DNA from: an uncultured Pseudobdellovibrionaceae bacterium
Lineage (GTDB): Bacteria > Bdellovibrionota_B > Oligoflexia > Oligoflexales > Bog-1112
Length of the DNA: 64,000 nucleotides
Assembly: GCA_964611335.1 (NCBI GenBank)
Contig: CAZSXR010000002.1
Location: 134,354 to 198,353 of the forward strand
Direction of reading: 5' to 3'
Shown: one piece after another, positions 56,463 through 64,000 of the stretch
How positions within the stretch are numbered: the stretch's first letter is position 1
Layout: every line of letters begins with the position of its first letter
Position numbers and translations under genes: made by a program
The notes under the pieces: generated by a model
Databases searched by the model: none
Told to the model about the DNA's origin: nothing
What the model saw: only the letters and a program-made list of their open reading frames with translations

Positions 56463-56606
56463 TGAATATCCTCTTCAAACTCATCTTCTTTTCATGAATT
56501 AATATGGAAACGGATTGAAATTCTAACAAGAAATTGAAAAATTGGCTAGATGACATGAAGTCTAAATGATAACACTGGATATCCAACAACTTGGGAGTAC
56601 GTAAAT

Positions 56607-57521
56607 ATGAGAATTGGCAGTCGGCGTTTTTATAAACCATCGCTTTGTTTATTTCTCTTAAGTGCGAGTTTTAGTTCTTACGCTTCACTTGTTCCTAAAC
56701 TCTCGGAGTATTTAAAAGAAAAGCAAGATATCATCCTTTCAATCCACGACTTTGAATTGATTGAAGAAGAGGATATTTTTTTCAAAGAAAAACCGGAAAT
56801 TTTAAGTGATCTCCATGTACAATTCAGTATCAAACTTCTAGAACCACAAGAGTATAAAGAAAAATATCGCATCTATGAAATTGATGGACTTTCAGATCAT
56901 ATACGTGATGTTGATCGCATACTTTTCTCAAAATCAGTAGCCGTTTTAAAAGGTGTACAAGCGGATCATTTCAACGCATCTTTAATAGCATCTCCAGACT
57001 ACGTCTATTACAGCATGGGAGACGCAAAAAAATCGCTTATAGATCCTGAGAAGTATATATTTGAACAGGAAAAAGATCTTCGTATTGCAACAGTCAAAGC
57101 ACTTGTTCATTGCTCTAGTTTTAATCTGAAAACACAACATGGTCAGATGATGGACGTTTTCATGGCTGAGCATCTCATGAAAACATTTCCTATACACAAG
57201 AATCCTATTGTTGTGACTTCCATGAAATCGGGTCCACAAGATATAAGTTTCGGATCGCACGGAGGAAGAACCGTTAATTTCTACTATGAAGTGAATGGAG
57301 AGGATACACTACTCATCTCCTACGAACTTTATACCATTAAAAGAGAAGCTCGTATGTTTGGCCCTATTTGGGATTTGGTTCAAACAGAAGCTTCGCGAAA
57401 ATTAAAAAGAGGCACTAAACATTCCATTCAGAAACTACGAGAATTTCTTCAAAAACGTTCTCACAAAAGAACAGAAAGCCCTGCGAACCTTTTGCAAATT
57501 GCAGGACAACCTGAAAGCTAA
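56607..57521 (+). CDS. secreted protein, unknown function
   Basis: Signal-like N-terminus (SLCLFLLSASFSSYA). No motif recognised. Confidence 0.5.
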   Translation: MRIGSRRFYKPSLCLFLLSASFSSYASLVPKLSEYLKEKQDIILSIHDFELIEEEDIFFKEKPEILSDLHVQFSIKLLEPQEYKEKYRIYEIDGLSDHIRDVDRILFSKSVAVLKGVQADHFNASLIASPDYVYYSMGDAKKSLIDPEKYIFEQEKDLRIATVKALVHCSSFNLKTQHGQMMDVFMAEHLMKTFPIHKNPIVVTSMKSGPQDISFGSHGGRTVNFYYEVNGEDTLLISYELYTIKREARMFGPIWDLVQTEASRKLKRGTKHSIQKLREFLQKRSHKRTESPANLLQIAGQPES

Positions 57522-57523
57522 CG

Positions 57524-59248
57524 CTAGAGCGAATCAAGAGGAACAGGAGTATATCCAGGACTTCTTGCACGGATCCAGTTGTCTACCTTGTGGGCAAACA
57601 AATGTTCATTTTCATGAGGTATCTCCATTGGATTCATTTCACGTTTGAGAATGAGTCGGTATGCAACATCTACCATTTCATCCGCTTTTTTTGCAGAGAA
57701 GCCTACTTGTTGCAACGCATTTATAAGATCTTGTCTATTGTGATTCATATGAGAGCGAAAGCCTGCTTCTACAAGATCTCTACGATGAATTTCGCGAATG
57801 AAGATTTCTTTATACGCGATACGTACAACAGATAAAGCAGTAGGGATAGGCGCCCACATCAAGGATAAGCCTACCATAAACGCCTCAATGATATTACGTT
57901 TTATACGTTCTGATCGAGGATTAAGGAAATTAACAACGTCATGAGGATGATGTCCGAAATATTTATTTTTTGTCAATGAGAAGATTTTTAAATCTTCCAA
58001 AGATCCATCGGAATTTTTTCTAACACCAAGAGCATAGTAACTGTGTGCAAATGGGTATACTGTGTAGTTGTGTGCTTTCAAATATCTCAGGGCATGAGAA
58101 CGTTTTTTCTCAATTTTTTGAAGATAATTATCAGAGACTGTCCATTTGCTTGCCACTCCTTGCTTGATCAGGTCTGATAAAATTGTAGAAGATCTTCTCA
58201 AGTACGTGATAGCATCATGCAGTTCCGATTCTGTAAGGACACCGTAAAAAGGTGAAGAAGGGTTGCCATCTAACGCTTCCATAACCATATTTAAAGCCAT
58301 TGCATGACGCGTAAGGTAAATAACTTCAACAAGGTTGAAAAATCTTTCTAGGATAGCGTAAGCAACTCCTGAAACTCCTGGAATCATCAAAGCATTTGCG
58401 AACTGTTTCGTAATCTGAGTCACAATCCCCCACCCTAAAGAGCGTCTGTAGGATGCAAAACGTCCGCGGAGATCTATAACTTTAATGGGGGCAAGCTCTT
58501 GGTGAGAATTGTGATTGAGAACAAGTTTGTAGTTTCCATTCGATTGTAAAACAAACTCTGAGTCGTCTATCAACTCTTTCATTCTTCGACTTTGCTCTTC
58601 TTTAGAAAGCTCATCTCCATGCAGTTCACAAGCTTTCAAATACAATTTTTCAAAAAGACTATAGGAAAGATTTTTATGACTAAATTCGAGATCGGAAAGA
58701 GCTATACGTGTGGGAGCAAGAACTGCAGATCCTGGATTTCTTCCTTCTTTCCATTTGAGAGATGGATTTTTCCACCAGTCATTTGGAAAGTCATGACCAT
58801 CATTATCAAAGAGAACTTTGTAAACATATTGTTGTGCACGTTTCTCTTTTTTGGCTTCGCTATGCTTTTCATATTCGTTGAAAAGATTTCCAAAATTCAA
58901 ATCGTTAATACCGATAGTACTCAGAAGAGTTTTTTTCCAGAATCCATCATAGATTGGATAAGTTTTATCGTAGACCGCGAAGGGAACGAGATCATCCGTA
59001 AGAGGATCTCGACCATAGCCTAAAACATATTGTCCACCTCTAAGATCTACCCATTTTTCAATATCAGCATGTCTGGTTTTTCTATAATCCCATTCTCGCT
59101 TGTCATGTTCTTGAGAGTGTTGATCAACTTCCGATGAATATTCTTTAAAACTTTCCGAGATGAAGGATTTCTGAGCTTGAACAATCGACGGGGTCAAAAG
59201 CGAAAGAAATAATAAGAAATACGAGAGACGACTGCGAACAATTTGCAT
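57524..59248 (-). CDS. secreted protein, unknown function (574 aa)
   Basis: Signal peptide MQIVRSRLSYFLLFLSLLTPSIVQA. No motif recognised. Confidence 0.55.
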   Translation of the reverse strand: MQIVRSRLSYFLLFLSLLTPSIVQAQKSFISESFKEYSSEVDQHSQEHDKREWDYRKTRHADIEKWVDLRGGQYVLGYGRDPLTDDLVPFAVYDKTYPIYDGFWKKTLLSTIGINDLNFGNLFNEYEKHSEAKKEKRAQQYVYKVLFDNDGHDFPNDWWKNPSLKWKEGRNPGSAVLAPTRIALSDLEFSHKNLSYSLFEKLYLKACELHGDELSKEEQSRRMKELIDDSEFVLQSNGNYKLVLNHNSHQELAPIKVIDLRGRFASYRRSLGWGIVTQITKQFANALMIPGVSGVAYAILERFFNLVEVIYLTRHAMALNMVMEALDGNPSSPFYGVLTESELHDAITYLRRSSTILSDLIKQGVASKWTVSDNYLQKIEKKRSHALRYLKAHNYTVYPFAHSYYALGVRKNSDGSLEDLKIFSLTKNKYFGHHPHDVVNFLNPRSERIKRNIIEAFMVGLSLMWAPIPTALSVVRIAYKEIFIREIHRRDLVEAGFRSHMNHNRQDLINALQQVGFSAKKADEMVDVAYRLILKREMNPMEIPHENEHLFAHKVDNWIRARSPGYTPVPLDSL

Positions 59249-59342
59249 AGTTTACTCCACAAACAATTGCCTACCACCATCGCAGACATTACGACTAAGA
59301 TGTAGAGATTACTAGTGAGTCAAATTTTATAGAAAGATGAAT

Positions 59343-59930
59343 TTACGGTGAAGAAACCGCTACTAGGTGCGCGAGTTCCTCGGTGGAAAGATGCCCAACA
59401 AGCATTCCTATGGTTTTCACATCGTGTTGCCAGACGATAACATTCACACTGTCCGAAAGATATGCTTGGTATTCCCAACGGTCTATACGCAGACGATTCG
59501 AAGGAGGAAGATCTTCCAGATGCCCTGCGAACATAAATAGAAAAAGAGAATTCTTGTCTTTATCTTGGTAACGGACAACAGCGAACTTAGACATTTCATA
59601 ATCTAAAATCGATGTACCAATGGGAGACCACTCTGAAATATTGAGAATAAAGGGTGTAAAATCGATATTGCTTTGCTTAGTAAAAAAATTTTGAAGCTCT
59701 GCGGAATCGGAACTGACAAAATCGAGGGCATCCGCTTCATCCTCTTCCATAATAAGAGCTTCATTAGGAAGCGCATGGAGAGGATCAAACCCCACATCCT
59801 TTCTAGCAAGGTAGGTGTAAAAAAATGCTGTTGTAAGAACCAGAAAAACAGCAGCTAAAGACCAGCGGTAAGATTCTAGCTTCCATAATTCTTTGATATT
59901 CATAGACACTCTATCACCATAAATATTCAC
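59343..59930 (-). CDS. single-pass membrane protein, unknown function
   Basis: One TM segment (WSLAAVFLVLTTAFFYTYL) followed by a soluble domain of about 140 aa. The start may be the ATG at 59903. Confidence 0.45.
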   Translation of the reverse strand: MNIYGDRVSMNIKELWKLESYRWSLAAVFLVLTTAFFYTYLARKDVGFDPLHALPNEALIMEEDEADALDFVSSDSAELQNFFTKQSNIDFTPFILNISEWSPIGTSILDYEMSKFAVVRYQDKDKNSLFLFMFAGHLEDLPPSNRLRIDRWEYQAYLSDSVNVIVWQHDVKTIGMLVGHLSTEELAHLVAVSSP

Positions 59931-60020
59931 TTTTTTTGAATTCCTTTTTTAAGTATAGCAGAATTTTTGCCTCCATAAAGAGTCGATCTTTCTGTGCCTT
60001 TAAAGAAAGTCTAGGTACAA

Positions 60021-63000
60021 TTGAAGAAACCGTTCTCCTTTCAAAAATGGGAAGAAGCAAAAATGTTAAAAAAGCTAAAAAAGCTTGCGATTCCGTTTTA
60101 CTTCTTGGTTCATGCAAGTGCCTCGTACAGTTTACCTATAGGCTTTGCGATGCCTCAAGCAGATCGGGTTTATAAGGAAACAACAAACCCAAACTTTCTT
60201 ATCTACCACGATTCCAAAGCGAGCCATGAGGCACGTATGATCCTGCATTCGCTAGAAGCCGCAAGACCTGTATTAAACGCATGGTTTGATAAATCACGTT
60301 CCAGTCCTCTACCTGTAATTTCTTCTGCAATGACTTCGAATGCTTCCTTTGCAAATTTTCTAACTGGCGCCATTGAGCTACAAACACTAGGTCAAGGTCA
60401 GAGAGATCTTTTCTGGCATGAATACGTTCATATGATGATGTTTATGCATTTGGAAAATTTTATGGGTCATGCAGGAGCTATTTTCCACGTGCCATGGATG
60501 CCCGCATGGTTCCTAGAAGGGCTTGCAGAAGCTATTTCCGTGTCTGTATCCTCTGAAAGGCAAGCAAGCATCGAACGCCGACAAGCTTTATACGACGAGT
60601 GGCCCAGTTATGATCGTTTACACAGCCTTTATTCAAATTCAGAATTTTTCGAACAGGGTTACGCAACATCAGGCGCATTCGTAGCTTGGCTGCTCCGAAA
60701 GGGCTATGAAGCAGATGAAAACTTTCTTCCCAATTTTTTAAGAAGCTTTTATAGATACACTCTTCCCGATTACTATCCTATTTCTTTGACGCCGATTAAC
60801 GATTTTCTTCCTATGGATGCCGCTCTGCGAGATTTTTTAGGGAAAAATGGGAGATCCCTTTATGAAGAATATAAATCCGATGCAAAAAAATATTGGGATG
60901 CACATCGCAATACAGCTCTCTTCGATCGCAAAGATCTTAATACAACTCTAGATAAATTTCCCTTTCCTAAAATTTTCGGTTCGGATGTTTACATTATCGA
61001 CAACACAAACACCCTATCAATTGAAAAAAAATTAAACTTTGATCCTAAAACAGGGCTATTCCATGATCAACAAGAGACAGGTCTAACTTTTGAATCAGGA
61101 ATTTATGACATCTCCTATCGAGGAGATCATAACATCGGTGTTCAAACTATTCCTGATTTGAAAACAGGACTTCCACGCTATCAAATACTCACTTTAAAAA
61201 AAGATAATAACACCTATAAAAAAGACACCGTCCTTGTACAAAGAGAAGGACAAATCAATAAAATAGGTGAAAGTTCTAAATATATTTTTTGGCATGAAAC
61301 CGCTTACGAGGTTTCAAGTATATGTTATTTAGAAAAATCGGAAATTGACACACAAGAACATCCGTTTTCACAGAGCTATATACAATGCCCCCTTTCTGAA
61401 ACTATGCCTCAATCTTTAGAAATCATTGGCATGACACATAAATTGTCAAAGGATAAATACTACAATGCTCAGATATGGTATGCAAAACACATGCAGACTC
61501 TACAAGGAGACACACACGAATTATGGGAATGGGATACTGAAACGAATCAGCAAAAAAAGATAACTTTTGACACAAATGCTTTCCCACTTGCTTTAACACA
61601 ATTAAACGAAAATTTGTGGATTCTCATCGCAGAGCGAAGTCATCGTTCTTTGATGAAGTTAGATGCAACAGGAACTTGTATAGGAATGCTTGCTCTTGAT
61701 GATGACATAGCTTCGATAAACTCCGATAAAAACAATTTAATTTTAACACTCAGTCTCAAAAAAGGTTTTGCTTTAAAAAGCATAGATCCCTCGCAATTGG
61801 CACTGACAACGTGTAAGCCGACTAAATCGCATATTTCACCGTTGGTCATTGCAATGCGTTCTTCCGAGATGGGTTTAAAAACCGCGCTTAACAAAGCATC
61901 TTTGTGGGAGACGGAAAAAACAGCAGATCAGACAACACCTCTTCGAACACCGCAAGAAGAAGCTTTTCCTATAGATCAAACAAAACCTTTAGGAAGCGAT
62001 CCTTCGCAAAATATAATTCACGAAAATGAATCTGCAGGATGGCGCCCAAGACCTATACTTGCACTTCCTTGGATTGGTACAAACGACGCATTGGGTTACC
62101 AACTGGGTGTCGTTTCTGTTCCTTTGATGGATCATATGCAGAATGAAACGCTCTATGCTGCAGTTTTATATGGGCTGGCAAGTCATTATCCCAACACAGA
62201 ATTATCACTCATTTCAACACGTTTTTGGCCCCACCTTTCTGTCTCCGCATATAGACGTCAAGTTTGGAATGGAACTTATGCCTCAGATAACGGTGATACT
62301 TTAAATTCGTTCATCGATGAAAAGGGAACTCGGTTTGCCACAACAATCTCTGCTTATTTTGAAAATTTAAATCTAAAATTTTCAACAGGACTTCTTGCTG
62401 CACATCGCAAACCTTTCTTAGGGCCCAAGAGTCCTGCAACGGAAGGGATGATGTTTCAACCGTTTGCTTTGCTCTCTCTTTCAGGTCGTGTAAAAAAATG
62501 GATGTGGGCACTTGGAATAGACTCTCAAGTAACCCCAGGATCATGGGATAGAAATTTTGATTTTAATAATTTAGGAGCTAAAGCTGAAGTCAAAAGACCT
62601 CTCCCCTTTTGGAATTCTCAATTCGGTTTACAACTCGAAGCGGCACGCACACGGGGGCGCGGAGACAAGACACCAAAACTTAAACAATTTTACACTTCTT
62701 TGAAAACCTATCTTCCTGGTACGAATTCCAATTACACAGCCAACAGCTTCCCAGTTTACGGATCTACTCTTTTAGCACCGCACTTCGGTGACACTAAGGC
62801 GAGAGCGGAATTGGATTGGAGCGCTCCCATCATTAAAGATTGGGATAAAATGCATTGGATTTTATACTTTTACGAACTTCGTTTTTCTGCCTTTGCAAAC
62901 TATGGAGGCGCATGGTATCAGGCTCAGGATGCACGTTCACATTTGAAATTTGCACATGGTTATAGTTTGGATATGCTTTTTGAGAACAAGGGTATTCATT

Positions 63001-63083
63001 TCAATCTCGGTTTAGGAGTGGGACAAGTTCATCCTGGACCTGGACAAGTTTATCTGAATGCAGGTTTCGATCTTATCATTTGA
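60021..63083 (+). CDS. large secreted protein: N-terminal peptidase-MA-like (HExxH...EGLAE) domain plus a long C-terminal region with beta-barrel-like periodicity
   Basis: WHEYVHMMMF ... WFLEGLAEAI. The likely start is the ATG at 60063, giving MLKKLKKLAIPFYFLVHASA. The last 350 aa or so alternate hydrophobic and polar residues and are rich in G/Y/W. Confidence 0.6.
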   Translation: MKKPFSFQKWEEAKMLKKLKKLAIPFYFLVHASASYSLPIGFAMPQADRVYKETTNPNFLIYHDSKASHEARMILHSLEAARPVLNAWFDKSRSSPLPVISSAMTSNASFANFLTGAIELQTLGQGQRDLFWHEYVHMMMFMHLENFMGHAGAIFHVPWMPAWFLEGLAEAISVSVSSERQASIERRQALYDEWPSYDRLHSLYSNSEFFEQGYATSGAFVAWLLRKGYEADENFLPNFLRSFYRYTLPDYYPISLTPINDFLPMDAALRDFLGKNGRSLYEEYKSDAKKYWDAHRNTALFDRKDLNTTLDKFPFPKIFGSDVYIIDNTNTLSIEKKLNFDPKTGLFHDQQETGLTFESGIYDISYRGDHNIGVQTIPDLKTGLPRYQILTLKKDNNTYKKDTVLVQREGQINKIGESSKYIFWHETAYEVSSICYLEKSEIDTQEHPFSQSYIQCPLSETMPQSLEIIGMTHKLSKDKYYNAQIWYAKHMQTLQGDTHELWEWDTETNQQKKITFDTNAFPLALTQLNENLWILIAERSHRSLMKLDATGTCIGMLALDDDIASINSDKNNLILTLSLKKGFALKSIDPSQLALTTCKPTKSHISPLVIAMRSSEMGLKTALNKASLWETEKTADQTTPLRTPQEEAFPIDQTKPLGSDPSQNIIHENESAGWRPRPILALPWIGTNDALGYQLGVVSVPLMDHMQNETLYAAVLYGLASHYPNTELSLISTRFWPHLSVSAYRRQVWNGTYASDNGDTLNSFIDEKGTRFATTISAYFENLNLKFSTGLLAAHRKPFLGPKSPATEGMMFQPFALLSLSGRVKKWMWALGIDSQVTPGSWDRNFDFNNLGAKAEVKRPLPFWNSQFGLQLEAARTRGRGDKTPKLKQFYTSLKTYLPGTNSNYTANSFPVYGSTLLAPHFGDTKARAELDWSAPIIKDWDKMHWILYFYELRFSAFANYGGAWYQAQDARSHLKFAHGYSLDMLFENKGIHFNLGLGVGQVHPGPGQVYLNAGFDLII

Positions 63084-63092
63084 AAGTAAGCA

Positions 63093-64000
63093 ATGCCTAA
63101 TACGTTTGGACACATATTTCGAGTGAGTACCTTTGGTGAATCCCATGGAGCCGGACTAGGTGCACTCATAGATGGATGTCCATCTGGAATTTCTCTCTCT
63201 TTAGAACGCGTTCAAGAAGCATTAGACAGACGAAAACCAGGACAAAGTGAGTGGACAACTGCACGTAAAGAAACAGACAGAGTGGAGTGCCTATCGGGTC
63301 TTGAAAACGGAGTCAGTTTAGGAACACCTATTTTACTTATGATTCGCAATGAAAACATACGAGCAAAAGATTACAGTCAACTGCAAAATATTTTTCGCCC
63401 TTCACATGCTGATTATACAACCCAAGTTAAATATGGAATCCGTTCTCAAAGTGGAGGCGGACGCAGTAGCGCACGCGAAACAGCTGCACGTGTTGCTGCT
63501 GCAGCGATTGCAGAACAGGTTCTTGAACATTTTCTTCCTGAACTTCGCATTGTTGCTTACGTATCGTCTGTAAAAACTTTAGAAGCAAAAGTGGTAGAAG
63601 ATCCTGTTTTCCTGACCCGTAATTTTATCGATCAAAATTTATTACGGTGTCCAGATTCAAAAATACTTTCTCAAATGGAAAATTTGATTCGTTCCACAAA
63701 ATTTTCAGGAGACAGTGTTGGTGGTTGTATAAGGTGTGTTGTTTTTGGATGTCCTCCAGGTTTGGGTGATCCTGTTTTTGACAAACTGCATGCAGATCTT
63801 GCAAAAGCACTTTTAAGTTTGCCTGCTGCAAAAGCTTTTGAAATTGGCTCGGGTTTTGAAAGCTGTATGAAATTTGGATCTGAAAACAATGATTCATTTA
63901 TAAGCACAGAAAAAGGTATAGCCACACTCACCAATCACAGCGGTGGTATCCAAGGTGGAATTTCCAACGGTGAGCCCTTGAGAATGAGAGTCGGATTCAA
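63093..64000 (+). CDS. aroC: chorismate synthase, 5' part (open to the window end; not in the supplied ORF track)
   Basis: Hand translation from the ATG at 63093: [32 protein letters not shown]...RRKPGQS...FRPSHADYT...[20 protein letters not shown]...GDSVGG...[16 protein letters not shown]. No stop before base 64000. Confidence 0.95.
   Translation, partial: MPNTFGHIFRVSTFGESHGAGLGALIDGCPSGISLSLERVQEALDRRKPGQSEWTTARKETDRVECLSGLENGVSLGTPILLMIRNENIRAKDYSQLQNIFRPSHADYTTQVKYGIRSQSGGGRSSARETAARVAAAAIAEQVLEHFLPELRIVAYVSSVKTLEAKVVEDPVFLTRNFIDQNLLRCPDSKILSQMENLIRSTKFSGDSVGGCIRCVVFGCPPGLGDPVFDKLHADLAKALLSLPAAKAFEIGSGFESCMKFGSENNDSFISTEKGIATLTNHSGGIQGGISNGEPLRMRVGF

Noticed and set aside
59343-59930. 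Anti-sigma factor annotation for the single-pass membrane protein
   Set aside because: There is no adjacent ECF sigma gene and no zinc-finger anti-sigma motif. Topology alone is insufficient.
139-63934. Numerous 60-140-aa ORFs antisense to or out of frame with long genes (e.g. 139-342, 953-1162, 1278-1535, 2033-2299, 2768-3190, 8026-8495, 12873-13202, 18678-19046, 31849-32049, 35039-35335, 39979-40242, 53394-53736, 58592-59023, 63625-63934)
   Set aside because: All lie inside confidently assigned or much longer ORFs. They have low-complexity or skewed composition typical of shadow frames in AT-rich DNA, and no recognisable motifs.
1-64000. Alternative genetic code (TGA read as Trp or Gly) to explain the in-frame TGA
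   Set aside because: TGA terminates well-conserved genes at their expected ends (lpdA at 11828-11830, actB at 32449-32451). I found no other conserved gene that needs TGA read-through.

Overview
AT-rich Gram-negative chromosomal window using the standard genetic code: TGA ends conserved genes such as lpdA and actB. Genes are densely packed on both strands. I saw no rRNA, CRISPR array, integrase or transposase.

Core content:
- the 3' part of a dCMP-deaminase gene that carries an intein
- bactofilin, rplM-rpsI, and two tandem GT4 glycosyltransferases
- selU (tRNA 2-selenouridine synthase)
- a 2-oxoglutarate dehydrogenase operon in the order sucB-lpdA-sucA
- an SF1 helicase, hemW, and an overlapping uvrB-uvrC pair
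- a complete alternative complex III cluster (actABCDEF)
- miaE, pgi, thyA, tRNA-Leu(UAA), tRNA-Arg(CCU)
- the 5' part of aroC, which is open to the window end and absent from the ORF track

Accessory content:
- a block of secreted hydrolases (BNR/sialidase-like, HExxH metalloprotease)
- a minus-strand cassette at 42.4-45.6 kb: a papain-fold peptidase interrupted by one in-frame TGA, a secreted Hint-domain toxin-like protein, and a small immunity-like ORF
- a second, decayed Hint-containing gene beside tRNA-Leu, with an (AAATA)n microsatellite and a 14/15-nt copy of the tRNA 3' end 1.5 kb away
- two type II toxin-antitoxin pairs, one with a frameshifted RelE/HigB-like toxin
- several large secreted or membrane proteins of unknown function

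By inference only, the organism resembles a predatory or free-living Bdellovibrionota/Oligoflexia-like bacterium. The most system-like unexplained unit is the peptidase / Hint-toxin / immunity cassette and its degraded relative at the tRNA-Leu locus.
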